This document shows positions 31,206 to 41,311 of a stretch of 64,000 bases of DNA, one piece after another. The DNA comes from Lacipirellulaceae bacterium (lineage in GTDB: Bacteria > Planctomycetota > Planctomycetia > Pirellulales > Lacipirellulaceae), in contig CBDFMC010000024.1 of NCBI GenBank assembly GCA_965249435.1, forward strand, positions 134,588 to 198,587. The letters are read 5' to 3'. Within the stretch, counting starts at the first letter, position 1. Every line of letters starts with the position of its first letter. The notes beneath the pieces are model-generated. The model worked only from the letters and a program-made list of their open reading frames with translations. It did not search any database and was not told the DNA's origin. The position numbers were made by a program, and so were the translations under genes.

Positions 31206-32795
31206 ATGTCCACGATATTTCTGCTTGTAGGTGTTGTACTGGCTGGATTGATTATTACCGGGGCAGCCCAATTGCGCTCGTTGCAGTTGCGCATTGCCGC
31301 AGCCCTGTTTGCGACCGTGGTTCTGCTGCTGTTCTTTACGCTGGCGTCGTTTCGCTATGTGGGCGAAGACTCCATCGGCATTGTCACGAAAAACATTGGT
31401 TGGACGTCGCTGCCGCCGGGCAAAATCATCGCCACCGAAGGGGAAAAGGGCCCCCAGGCAGAAATCTTACCGCCAGGTTGGCATCCTTTGTTCTGGCCAT
31501 TTATCTATGACCTCGAAAGAGGCCGAGTCACAAAGATTCCCGCCGGCAGCATCGGATTGATCAACGCCTCCGACGGCCAGCCGCTACCGCCGAATACCAC
31601 CTACGCGCCCGAATGGGATAACGATAAAGTCCGTCAAATGGCGCAGGATGCAGAATTCTTCCTCACCGTCGGTGGAGGACACAAAGGGCCTCAGACGTCG
31701 GTGCTGAAGCCGGGCTCCTACCGGTTGAATCCCAATCTGTTTACCGTCAACATTGTTCCGGTAACCACTATCAAGAAAGCCACCGTCGGCGTTGTGAAAT
31801 CGAACGTCGGCGAACGGGCCGTGGTTAGCGACAAACCCCCCACGGGAGCACGTCGGCTCGTGGAGCGCACGCAACTTGGCATTTGGCGCGAGCCGCCCCT
31901 GGAAGGCCAGTATTATCTCAATACGACAGCCTACGAAATCACGGATATCTCTACCAAAAAGCACATCGTTCGCTACACGGCCGGCGAAAGCCAGCGTACC
32001 GGCGGTGGTGAAGAACAAGAGATCATCGTTCGTACGTCCGATGGATTTACCTTTCCTGTGGACGTGCGAATCGAGTACGAGATTCACCCAGGCGACGCTC
32101 CACTGCTGGTTGCCGTGGTGGGGGACGACCAAGACAATCTACGGGCGGTTATGAATTCTGCCGTACGGGCGATCTTCCGCAATAATGCCGAAGGCGTCAA
32201 AGCGCTCGACTATGTCAAGCAGCGTTCGCACCAGGAATCTGAGTCGCTAAAAATGCTTTTGGAAGAAATGGGGAATATCGGCGTCACGATCACGGGCGTG
32301 CGAATCGGCGACGTCGGCGATGAAAAAACGCTGGGCTCGCTACTCAAAACGCAGACCGATCGCGAGATTGCACTCCAGGAACAAGAAACCTTCAAAGAGC
32401 AACAACGAGCAGCCGAGCAGAAAAAGGAGTTGACCAAGACGGAACAAGAAGCCGAGGAAGAAAAACGGCTTGCGACAGCCAGCTATGAGGTGAAAATTGC
32501 TGAGCAGGGCCGTGAAAAGAAAATCATCGAAGCGGAGGCGGAAGCCAAGGCGGTGGAAATCAAAGCCGCCGCCCAGGCCTTGGCCTTCCAGCAAATCGCC
32601 GAGCAGATCGGCAGCGGCAACGCCGCTCTGATCGAACTGCTGAAAATCGTCGGCGAAGCAGATATTTCTATCACACCGAGGGTGATGGTCGTCGGTGGGC
32701 AAGATGGCAGCGGCAAAGATGGCGAAACAACCGCACTGATTGGAACGATGCTCGACACGATGATGGACAAGTCGCCACCGAAGAAAGCGCAGTAG
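31206..32795 (+). CDS. SPFH/band-7 flotillin-like membrane protein
   Basis: An N-terminal transmembrane segment, an SPFH core, and a long C-terminal E/A/K-rich coiled coil (EAEAEAKAVEIKAAAQALA). 529 aa. Confidence 0.75.
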   Translation: MSTIFLLVGVVLAGLIITGAAQLRSLQLRIAAALFATVVLLLFFTLASFRYVGEDSIGIVTKNIGWTSLPPGKIIATEGEKGPQAEILPPGWHPLFWPFIYDLERGRVTKIPAGSIGLINASDGQPLPPNTTYAPEWDNDKVRQMAQDAEFFLTVGGGHKGPQTSVLKPGSYRLNPNLFTVNIVPVTTIKKATVGVVKSNVGERAVVSDKPPTGARRLVERTQLGIWREPPLEGQYYLNTTAYEITDISTKKHIVRYTAGESQRTGGGEEQEIIVRTSDGFTFPVDVRIEYEIHPGDAPLLVAVVGDDQDNLRAVMNSAVRAIFRNNAEGVKALDYVKQRSHQESESLKMLLEEMGNIGVTITGVRIGDVGDEKTLGSLLKTQTDREIALQEQETFKEQQRAAEQKKELTKTEQEAEEEKRLATASYEVKIAEQGREKKIIEAEAEAKAVEIKAAAQALAFQQIAEQIGSGNAALIELLKIVGEADISITPRVMVVGGQDGSGKDGETTALIGTMLDTMMDKSPPKKAQ

Positions 32796-32848
32796 GCTGA
32801 CGGTTGGCAGCTTATAGGGGTATCGCGCCGAAGAGTTACGGAAAGAGC

Positions 32849-33517
32849 CTAATTTCGCCAGCGTCTACGGCACATAATACCGGCTAAACCTAGTGCCACG
32901 AGCGTCGTCGTCCCTGGCTCGGGGACCACCAAAAACGACACGTGCGAGATGGCTCTTGTGCTACTGTTTCCTGCCACGTCGAGCAGATTTAGCCCCGCCA
33001 TAAATGCGTACAGGCTAAACCCATCGCCCGCCGACGTTTTAACCGAATAGTACATGATGTTTTCCGGACCTGTGTAGCTGAAATAGGCAACATCTCCATC
33101 CGTTAATGCACTCCCCGAGGTGATGGCTGTCGTCATGTCCGCTTCGAAAAAGGAGAAGCCATTGTTGTCATTGGTGATATTGAAGAGGTCACCAGCATCG
33201 TCATCCGTTTTCTTGAATAGAGCGATCGCTGTGATCAAGTCAGGATCGTTCGTGGCATTGTAGTCATCAATGATAGCCTTCACATCATCGATCTTGTCGT
33301 TCGATCCGGCAGCGGGAACATCAACCGAATTGCCGACTAGAAAACCAGCTTGTGCTTGGCTGCTGAGCAATAGCAGCGCAACGGCGACGAAGAGCGTCGT
33401 GGCGAGAAGTCGCTTCGGTAATGCAAGAAACCACATTCCGAGGGAACAGCGACGGATGAAGTGACACCGGTTGAGAAGAATACCGGTAATGTGCCCCTGG
33501 TTGATGATCCAACTCAT
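32849..33517 (-). CDS. PEP-CTERM sorting-domain secreted protein
   Basis: An N-terminal signal peptide. The C-terminus VPEPGTTTLVALGLAGIMCRRRWRN is a PEP-CTERM motif followed by a transmembrane segment and an Arg cluster. Confidence 0.8.
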   Translation of the reverse strand: MSWIINQGHITGILLNRCHFIRRCSLGMWFLALPKRLLATTLFVAVALLLLSSQAQAGFLVGNSVDVPAAGSNDKIDDVKAIIDDYNATNDPDLITAIALFKKTDDDAGDLFNITNDNNGFSFFEADMTTAITSGSALTDGDVAYFSYTGPENIMYYSVKTSAGDGFSLYAFMAGLNLLDVAGNSSTRAISHVSFLVVPEPGTTTLVALGLAGIMCRRRWRN

Positions 33518-33882
33518 TAGACTTTAACCCCTTGTTTGCAGATTCGATGGTGCCCTAAAATAAACGAAGCGATTGACGATCCGTTCGCAACTGAAAGATT
33601 GCTATCTTCAGCAGTTTCTACATAACCTGCTACCCGAAAGGTGGTCCCGCATATCCACGTATCGCCCGCACGATGCAGCCTGCACAATGTACCAGTCCTT
33701 CAGCCTAAACTAGCGGTAGACAAGTTTCTACGAAAATGTGCGAGTAGCACCTACAACTATTGATGGATCGCAATTAAATATCTGGTTGCACATTCGACAC
33801 AACTATTGATTTGAAAAGAACTTGCGCTCACAAGCCCCTTAGGAAAGGGCCGACAGACAAAGTCTGACTATTATTAAAATAA

Positions 33883-34350
33883 ATGTTGCGAATGCGAATT
33901 AGCCCGGTTCACCTAATGACAACTTCCCCATTGATCGACGCCGATGCGGTTCTCATGGCCAAAAGTTGGCCCGATGGCTTGGATGTCACCATCACTTTGA
34001 TCTATCTGGCGATAGTATTAGGTGTGCCCTTGTTGGGCTATGTGCTGATGGCGCTTGATTATCGCGCCTATCTGCGATCGCTACGCCGGGCGCTCGTTCT
34101 GGTGGCTCGAACCCTACCGACTACGCCCTATTGGGCACTGCGTGATAGACCACCCTGTCTTGAGGCTCTCGAACTCCATCAGCCCATTACCGAATCGGAT
34201 GTAATTTCTGCCTATCGCCAACGGGTGAAGCAGTTGCATCCCGACCGGGGTGGCGATCTCTGCAAGTTCCTTCGGCTTCAGCAACATTTTGAGCAAGCGC
34301 TAAACTTGGTGCGACAGCAGCCGAAATATCATGCCGATTCGACTCGCTAG
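33883..34350 (+). CDS. Membrane protein with C-terminal J-domain (DnaJ-like)
   Basis: A hydrophobic segment at residues ~40-70 and a C-terminal HPD motif (VKQLHPDRGGD). Confidence 0.6.
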   Translation: MLRMRISPVHLMTTSPLIDADAVLMAKSWPDGLDVTITLIYLAIVLGVPLLGYVLMALDYRAYLRSLRRALVLVARTLPTTPYWALRDRPPCLEALELHQPITESDVISAYRQRVKQLHPDRGGDLCKFLRLQQHFEQALNLVRQQPKYHADSTR

Positions 34351-34463
34351 CACCCGAGAACCCGAAGTAGCTCAAATTCTGCTCTTGTCTATTGGCAAGG
34401 CATACCAGTACGATCCAGTGGGTCGACTTGGATCGAGTACCACAGATCACGCGAATTCAACGG

Positions 34464-34522
34464 TTAGCCGTCGGGCTTGTCCCGGCGCGCGATGACACCG
34501 CCGGGACTAACCCGACGGATAA
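34464..34522. repeat. Family B palindromic hairpin repeat (degenerate copy)
   Basis: TTAGCCGTCGGGCTTGTCCCGGCGCGCGATGACACCGCCGGGACTAACCCGACGGATAA. Confidence 0.7.
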
Positions 34523-34601
34523 CCAACTCCATTGCTTTCAGGATTTTGCCAGCACACCCTCCGCAGCCCCTGCTGCGAGTTCAGCGGAAAGGGATTCCCG
34601 C

Positions 34602-35687
34602 ATGTCGACCTCTCGGGTCAAAACTACTCTTGCAGCGTTGGCCGAGCTTGTTGGCGGGCAGGTTTGCGGCGACGCGACGACGCAGATCGGCGGAGCCGAA
34701 ACGCTTCGAGCCGCCGGCCCCAACGAAATCACGCTGGCCGACAATCCGGCCCTGGCCCAAGGATTGGCCGCATCGCTTGCCGCGGCGGCCATCATTCATG
34801 CAGATGTTCCATGCAAAGACAAACCGTCGATAGTCGTCGAAGATGTTCGGGCCGCGTTTGCCCAAGTTGTCGCCCATTTCCGCCCAGTTCGTCCCTCGTG
34901 TCGAGTTGGCGTCTGCCCAGACGCCCATATCAGCCCCACAGCCAAACTGGGGCAGGGCATCGATGTCCATCCCGGTGCTACGATTGGGGACGATGTGACG
35001 ATTGGCTCCGGATCGATCATCCACAGCGGCGTGCGGATCATGGCCGGCTGTGTGATCGGCAGCCAAGTCACCCTCTTCCCCAATGTGGTGCTCTACGAGA
35101 ACACGCAGATCGGTGATCGCTCGATCATTCATGCCGGAGCCGTGCTTGGAGGCTATGGTTTCGGTTTTGAACTACTCGATGGCAAGCATCAGCTCTGTGA
35201 TCAGCTCGGATACGTTAAAATTGGCACCGAGGTAGAGATCGGAGCATGCACGTCGATCGATCGGGGCACTTATGGCGCAACGACAATCGGCGAGGGAACC
35301 AAAATCGATAATATGGTTCAAATAGGCCACAACTGTCACATTGGAAAGCACAACCTGCTTTGCTCCCAAGTAGGAATCGCGGGAAGCACCTCGACCGGCG
35401 ATTACGTGGTCATGGCGGGACAAGTCGGCGTCCGCGATCATGTTCACATTGGAAAAGGAGCCGTACTCGGCTCAAAATCGGGCGTCTCGAACGACGTGCC
35501 CGAAGAGACCGTCATGCTCGGCGCGCCGGCAACCCCCTTGCGAAGGCAAAAAGTTCAAATCGCTGCGATTGCGAAACTACCAGAGATGCGTAAGCAGTTC
35601 CGCGCCATGCAACGGCAACTAGCAATGCTAGAGCAGCAACTGGACCATGCTCCTGCACCGCAGAATTCAAAAGAACATGCGGCGTAA
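34602..35687 (+). CDS. lpxD: UDP-3-O-acylglucosamine N-acyltransferase
   Basis: The N-terminal LpxD domain LAELVGGQVCGD...I.G is followed by a run of hexapeptide repeats. The start is taken at the internal MSTSRVK (34602). About 361 aa. Confidence 0.8.
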   Translation: MSTSRVKTTLAALAELVGGQVCGDATTQIGGAETLRAAGPNEITLADNPALAQGLAASLAAAAIIHADVPCKDKPSIVVEDVRAAFAQVVAHFRPVRPSCRVGVCPDAHISPTAKLGQGIDVHPGATIGDDVTIGSGSIIHSGVRIMAGCVIGSQVTLFPNVVLYENTQIGDRSIIHAGAVLGGYGFGFELLDGKHQLCDQLGYVKIGTEVEIGACTSIDRGTYGATTIGEGTKIDNMVQIGHNCHIGKHNLLCSQVGIAGSTSTGDYVVMAGQVGVRDHVHIGKGAVLGSKSGVSNDVPEETVMLGAPATPLRRQKVQIAAIAKLPEMRKQFRAMQRQLAMLEQQLDHAPAPQNSKEHAA

Positions 35688-35811
35688 GGCGAGCGGCAAT
35701 AGAGAATTTATCAATCTTAACCCGACGCGTAAGCGAGGGAATTACCCCGTTATCCTCAGTCCCTCGCTTACGCATCGGGTTATCAAGGTAAGTTCTTAAC
35801 TGCCGCTCGCC
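35688..35811. repeat. Family C MITE-like element (terminal inverted repeats GGCGAGCGGCAAT / ATTGCCGCTCGCC with an internal hairpin)
   Basis: The inverted ends flank an internal palindrome (AACCCGACGCGTAAGCGAGGGA...TCCCTCGCTTACGCATCGGGTT). Related elements are at 44140-44251 and 62816-63062. It sits between lpxD and lpxI. Confidence 0.75.
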
Positions 35812-35829
35812 TAAGAAGGTGAAAAGATT

Positions 35830-36768
35830 TTGTGTACCGATATTCATTCACCAAGACGATCGACAATTAGCGGTGGTGATGTGCGTGCGGTCGCTGAGAA
35901 GTTACCCCCCATCGGCGTGCTCGCTGGATGGGGTCGGCTGCCATTTGCCGTAGCGGGCGCGCTGCACCGACAAGGCATCCCGGTTGCCGGCATCGGAGTT
36001 CGCGACCATGCCGATCCTCGATTTGCCGAACGATGCGATCACTTCGATTGGATCGGTGCTGGCAGTCTCGGTCGGGCGATTCGTCTCTTCAATCGTTGGG
36101 GCGTTTCCCGAGCGACGATGGTTGGTAAGATTCATAAAGCGATGTTCATGCAACCAAGATGGTGGATCCGTCATCGGCCCGATTGGAAAACTCTCCGGGC
36201 ATTCGCCCCTTACTTATTCACCGGCAGTAAAGATGGCAAAGATGATACGTTGCTTGGAATCGTGGTGGAATTGTTTGCATCTCACGGAATTGTGTTTGAA
36301 CCGGCAACCGATTTTGCACCGGAGCTACTCGTGAAAACAGGACAAGTCGCAGGTCGCCCCCTCTCGGCCAAACAGCAAAAGGACATCGAATTCGGCTGGC
36401 AGCTCGCCAAGCTCATGGGCGGACTCGACGTCGGACAAACCGTTTGTGTCAAAGATCAATTTGCACTCGCCATCGAAGCGGTCGAGGGAACCGACCTTTG
36501 TATTCAACGGGCGGGCCAATTTTGTGGCAGCGGCGGGTTCACGGTCGTCAAGGTTGCCAAGCCTCAACAAGATATGCGATTCGATGTGCCCACGGTAGGT
36601 GTAAAAACACTAGAGTCAATTGCTGCGGCCGGCGGCAACGTCTTGGTGATCGAAGCCGGTCGCACTATCTTGCTCGACGAGGAAGAGTTTCGCAATAAAG
36701 CGGTAAAGCTCAAAATTTCAGTCGTCGCTCACCTCAACATCATCCAAGCCAATGCCATAGTGCTTTGA
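35830..36768 (+). CDS. lpxI: UDP-2,3-diacylglucosamine hydrolase LpxI (DUF1009) (putative)
   Basis: The N-terminus IGVLAGWGRLPFAVAGAL and the C-terminus DMRFDVPTVG resemble the LpxI/DUF1009 family. It lies immediately downstream of lpxD. Confidence 0.55.
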   Translation: MCTDIHSPRRSTISGGDVRAVAEKLPPIGVLAGWGRLPFAVAGALHRQGIPVAGIGVRDHADPRFAERCDHFDWIGAGSLGRAIRLFNRWGVSRATMVGKIHKAMFMQPRWWIRHRPDWKTLRAFAPYLFTGSKDGKDDTLLGIVVELFASHGIVFEPATDFAPELLVKTGQVAGRPLSAKQQKDIEFGWQLAKLMGGLDVGQTVCVKDQFALAIEAVEGTDLCIQRAGQFCGSGGFTVVKVAKPQQDMRFDVPTVGVKTLESIAAAGGNVLVIEAGRTILLDEEEFRNKAVKLKISVVAHLNIIQANAIVL

Positions 36769-36903
36769 CCACCTCTTGGAATTTGCAATGGCAAAGCCGC
36801 AACCAAAATGTCAGATGCTTTTTTATCACCGCAGAGAGCGCAGAGGGCACAGAGGTCTTTTTCTAGGGATTTTCTCTGCGCTCTCCGCGTACTCCGTGGC
36901 TAA

Positions 36904-36968
36904 AAAATCTTTTGTGCCTTTTGGTGTTTTTTGTGGCTATTCTTCTTTGGTTGCGGCAATGGGCCGCA
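36904..36968. repeat. Family D conserved T-rich 65 bp element (second copy at 46358-46422)
   Basis: AAATCTTTTGTGCCTTTTGGTGTTTTTTGTGGCTATTCTTCTTTGGTTGCGGCAATGGGCCGC is essentially identical at both loci. Each copy is preceded by a different local hairpin followed by CCGTGGCTAAA. Confidence 0.8.
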
Positions 36969-36980
36969 CTGGACTCTTCG

Positions 36981-37016
36981 TGGTTCGTTTTTCTTCCATC
37001 CCGTGAACGGTTACCT
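36981..37016. repeat. Left copy of an inverted-repeat pair (GGTTCRTTTTTCTTCCATCCCGTGAACGGTTACC) that flanks the sigma-54 activator gene. The right copy is at 38481-38514.
   Basis: 34 nt near-perfect inverted copies about 1.46 kb apart, bracketing 37017-38480. Confidence 0.8.
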
Positions 37017-37481
37017 TCCCTTGTTGGTAGACCTGAGAGGCTAAATCGGCTTTCGCACATCGCATGGCTTATTCCTTTTTTTCAGGGGCTTCCGAAGGGG
37101 ACAATCTGCCAGCGACCATGCTCTCGTCGCAAGTCATTGCCACGCAATAACTTACGTCTTTTATGTGGCCTGGGGGATTCTTTCAAGGACGGCCTATTCG
37201 CTGTACTCCTCCTATTCGAATGCTCTCGGCAGAAACTAATTATTTGAGATAATCGGCGAGGTCGTGTATACTGAAGCCTGTGTAAGCGTTCAGCGGGTCA
37301 AGATAGTTTGTACCGTTGAAGGGGCCTCTACTGTTTGCGTCTACTTTTTACATGGCGGGACCGCTAGTGACTTAAAACCTCGGGCTTCTCTTTTTGCCAA
37401 GATCGCAATCCGCGAAGCCCAACAAAAAGGGCAAGATTGTCGTGCAAGCTATTGCGCAATGTCTTGCTCCGGAGCTGAGAA

Positions 37482-38478
37482 ATGGCTGCTATTGATACGA
37501 ATGAACCTTCTTCTTTGGAATCGCTGAGGTCGTTACCTCCAGACGATCCGTCTAGTCTTGTCGTTGGAAGTGATCCTGCGGTAAACCGGGTTGCACACCA
37601 TGCCCAGCGTGCTGCGCAGGTGGAATGCACCGTTCTGATTACCGGTGAGACCGGTACCGGGAAAAGAAATCTGGGCCCGAATGCTGCATCGGCTAGGCCC
37701 CCGACATGACAAGCCGTTTGTGCCCGTCAATTGTGCTGCGCTCACTGCCAGCTTGGCTGAGAGCCAGCTATTTGGCCATGAACGTGGCGCCTTTACCGGA
37801 GCCATGGGCGCCAGTTTGGGTGTGTTCCGTGCCGGAGACCGAGGAATCGTGTTTCTTGACGAAGTGGGCGACATGCCTCTGGATTTACAACCCAAGCTTC
37901 TACGTGTCTTGCAAGAAGGCGAAGTGACCCCGGTCGGTTCGGCAACTCCTGAGATAGTCGATGTCCAAGTCATCGCGGCCACGAATCGCGATCTATTGCA
38001 AGAAGTGCAAGAAGGACGCTTTCGAGAGGATTTGTACTATCGTCTCAATCTTATCGAACTAAACATGCCGCCGCTTAGAGAACGGACCGCGGACATCCCT
38101 TCATTTATTGATTATTTTTCGCGAAAATTTGCGAACCGTTACAACCAACCTCTATGGCAACCAGATGCCGAAAAACTGCGTGATTTCTGCGAATATCGCT
38201 GGCCTGGCAACATTCGGCAACTGAGCTATGTCATTGAGCAAGGGTACGTATTGGATTTCGAGCCAATGCTTCCCAATCGAGTCAATGGACCGCAATCGCG
38301 TATTGACCTGCCATTCACGGACCTCTCGCGATTACGAAAAGCAGCCCTGAAGCAAGCACTGCGCTCTACCAACGGCCACAAAGGAAGGGCTGCGAAGTTG
38401 CTTGGAATTCATCCAAACACCATGACGCGCCTATTAGCGCAGCAACACGATGACTGCCAAAACACCGATTCTGAATGA
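37482..38478 (+). pseudogene. Sigma-54-dependent transcriptional activator (AAA+ enhancer-binding protein with no receiver domain), frame broken at an A4 run (37662-37665)
   Basis: ORF 37482-37709 ends with Walker A GETGTGK and then runs out of frame. ORF 37645-38478 continues the family sequence ([26 protein letters not shown]...GAFTGA...[15 protein letters not shown]) through a C-terminal HTH. One extra A in GGGAAAAGAAATC explains the break. Confidence 0.75.
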
Positions 38479-38689
38479 TGAATTTTGGTAACCGTTCACG
38501 GGATGGAAGAAAAATGAACCACGAAGAGCACGAAGGACACAAAGAATAGAATTCTATTTTTTGAGAGGCTTTCCAATCAAGTCGATGAGGGTGCAAATTT
38601 AGCCTACTTTAAGGTGAAGAGAAGAAAACCACGAAAGAGAGGGCTTTGAGAATACTATTGGGCAAGTCTTTCCGCTTCAAATCCTGCGA

Positions 38690-38800
38690 TCTTACTTCCC
38701 TCACTTTTTTCGTGGTTTTCGTCTTCTTTCGTGGTTTTTCGTCTCTTTCGTGGTTTTCGTCTCTTTCGTGGTTTTCCTCTCTTTCGTGGTTTTCCTCCGA
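38690..38800. repeat. Tandem repeat, 18 nt unit (CGTCTCTTTCGTGGTTTT), about 5-6 copies
   Basis: Direct contiguous copies with no spacers, so it is not CRISPR. On the minus strand they lie inside ORF 38609-38890 and encode ENHER[DE] hexapeptide repeats in a His/Glu-rich 93 aa product. Confidence 0.85.
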
Positions 38801-40235
38801 ATGGGTTTTCCGTTTGAGTTCGCTGAGAAGCGAGAGCAAGCGATTTGGTCCTCTGACTTCTTCGTGCTCTTCGTGTCCTTCGTGGTTCAATATTTTTTAT
38901 TCCGTGAACGGCTACGAATTTTGATTCGATTGGATTGGTTGTTATTGGCTTGGTAGCGATCTCGGACCTTCTAGCAGTTGGTGTGTCTACCTGCCTTGGC
39001 TGCGGGCTCTGCTGCACTGGGAATTTTGGTTGCCTTCTCCAATCGCCTTTTTAACCGAACATAGCACTGCTAGCAGTCCATCAAAGCTTGTCACCAAAAT
39101 AGGGGCATTTACCTATTTTAGTGAAATCTTAACTTAGCCTTGCTTAGCCAGGGCTTTTCTCAATAGCCTTACTTTTCATCTCACCACTTTGGTGAAGTAG
39201 GCTCTTAGGCCCGAGCGGCAGATTCACCCCCTAAGCCCTTTTCCAGCATCGACTTACGCCGCATGGACAACCGATGATCTCTCTGGCATGTGAATCGCAT
39301 AAGGTGACTGGCAGTGCATTGCGCGCTATCGGGTGTTTGTCGAAGGGAAAGGGTCCCTGCGCTGGAGGCCTGGGCATCGCGAGATTGTGTCGGGGCGATG
39401 GTGTGCGGCAGTGCACGGTTGTCGGTGCTTGCACGATAGTGCAAGCAGACTAACTCGGCTTCAGTTCGGTGCTCGGACTTCGCGGAAGAAGGTTTTCGGG
39501 AATGGGCACAGTTGCTGAGGCAGAACGTTACTCAGTTTGGAAAAAAAGGAGAATCGATCAATGAGTCACAGTCCAAAATTATGAAAGTGCTGACCCGGAC
39601 TATGGTACTGAAGGTTTTCGTCGCGCAACGCCGGATAAATCATCCAAGCGGCGCCAACTAACGCATGGTCGTCGTCGCGGAAAGGCACCCCAGTCGGTCA
39701 ATGGAATTCATCGCCGTCGCAATCGAAAAATGGCATGGTAAAGAGTTTAGGCGATGGGTAACCGTTGGGCCTCTTCTCTTCTTTGCGCAGACTACGGTGT
39801 GCGCAGAGTAGATGGTTGCGGTCGGATGTGGTGCGCGCGTGTTGCACGTTACAAGGAAAGAAGGTGCGCACGCCATGAGCATGGTTTTTAGGCGCGATGT
39901 TGGCGTTTCGACTTCGCGGAGTACAGACGGTTTGTAAATACGGCAGCAGAGTGCCTTTTGGGGCTCCCTTGCGACCGGTGTGCTTGCGCGGTGCGTTATG
40001 CACTGATGGGTGCGCTTGAGTGGAATATGGAGGAGTGTAGAAAGGCAACTGTCCGGCACAAAAGAGACTGTCAGACAGTTGCTGAGTCGATAGGGCCGGT
40101 GACGGCGCTAGCTTGCGTGCGGATTTGATTCGTTCGTTGGACAATGGCTAGCGGAAGGGTAGCGGTCTGCGGCTTATTAGCAAAGGAGAAGGAAGAGGTG
40201 CTGGATGCGTGCGCGGGATTAATTGACATGACAAT

Positions 40236-40919
40236 TTGAGTGGTGACCTAGCGATGACAGCCTTGAGCACTACCGTAAGAATGCCGCCGTTGCCTGCTGG
40301 TGAGCACATGCAATGCGCCGTACGTGACTCGTCACTGGGAGTGATGCGTTGTGCAGTGGTATCGCCCTGTTCGGAGCGTCTGGAGGGCATTCGGTTAGCA
40401 GCCGAGCGGGAAGCTTGGGAAGCAATCGTCTGCAAGGACGCCAGCGCGATGCTCCGCTGTGTGTTTCGGGAGACTTTGCCACTGTCGATTGTCGACATGC
40501 CTCCTGCGGCTGGCGATGAGTATGAAGACTACCGTGCGATTGCCGAGCGGTTAAGTGAAATAGGTGGTAGCAACATGCTCTTGGTGGTCTGTGCTGACAC
40601 GGAAAGCGTTCAAGAGGAGATATGGGCCAGACAACTGGGGATTTGGAGCTACTTGCCGCTAGCTAATTTGTCGCCAAAGAACCTTACACTTCGATCTCCC
40701 AATGGGGCCCAGGCCCATGATGGAGCAGATACTGGATCAAAGATGCAAAGCGATAAGCAAGGACTAGCGCTCGTATTTGGCACGGCACGGAAAGCTTTGG
40801 AGAGAATCGCTTTGGCAAATGCCAATGCACCTGGGCAATGGGATCGGAGGGCGGCAGAAAACCTCCATTCCATCGGCTTCTCGGAAATAGAGACTGAAAA
40901 AAATGAAAAAGCAGGATGA
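40236..40919 (+). CDS. Hypothetical protein (possible degenerate receiver-like domain)
   Basis: 227 aa ORF in an otherwise ORF-poor region. It has a weak resemblance to the CheY fold (LSIVDMPPAAGDEYEDYRAIAERLSEIGGSNMLLVV). Confidence 0.3.
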   Translation: MSGDLAMTALSTTVRMPPLPAGEHMQCAVRDSSLGVMRCAVVSPCSERLEGIRLAAEREAWEAIVCKDASAMLRCVFRETLPLSIVDMPPAAGDEYEDYRAIAERLSEIGGSNMLLVVCADTESVQEEIWARQLGIWSYLPLANLSPKNLTLRSPNGAQAHDGADTGSKMQSDKQGLALVFGTARKALERIALANANAPGQWDRRAAENLHSIGFSEIETEKNEKAG

Positions 40920-41311
40920 AAATCTTGATAAAGATGTCGATAGAGTAGCGAACGAGCCAACTCGTCCCGTGCGATTGCGTGGATCAAAGCGCCCGTCTGT
41001 CGCAGGTCGCCGAAACGTTTGTCGCAAAAAAGGAAAGGAGAATGGAGGAATCCAGGAACGATGTAACAAGAGAATGAATTGGTAATGCTTGACAAATTAT
41101 ACAACCTATAACATGTCGTCGACTTCACTTCCGGAGTGATGAACACGGCAAGATTTTGGTCGGTCTTAATTGGTCTTTTGTCCTTACATTTAGTTAATTA
41201 GTTGGGTCGGTTTCCTTGTGACGTCAACGGCGGTTGAAACAACGGTTTCTTCAAGATCGTTTTATTGGCGTGATGAGATGGATTGACAAAACAACCTGAA
41301 AAGGAGAACTT

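Noticed and set aside
38690-38800. Possible CRISPR array
   Set aside because: The repeats are 18 nt, perfectly contiguous, with no unique spacers. This is a simple tandem repeat that may be coding. No cas genes are nearby.
39300-39470. Sigma-54 promoter candidates (TGGCAG-TGCA-TTGCG at about 39316; GGCAGTGCACGGTTGTCGGTGCTTGCA at about 39405)
   Set aside because: The spacing between the GG and GC dinucleotides is off by one from the -24/-12 consensus in the best candidate. It is too weak to call without transcription-start data.
39658-40144. ORFs of 133-148 aa (minus strand) in the ORF-poor tract
   Set aside because: They are low-complexity, overlap in different frames, and have no start context or motifs. 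The region is better treated as non-coding pending transcript data.
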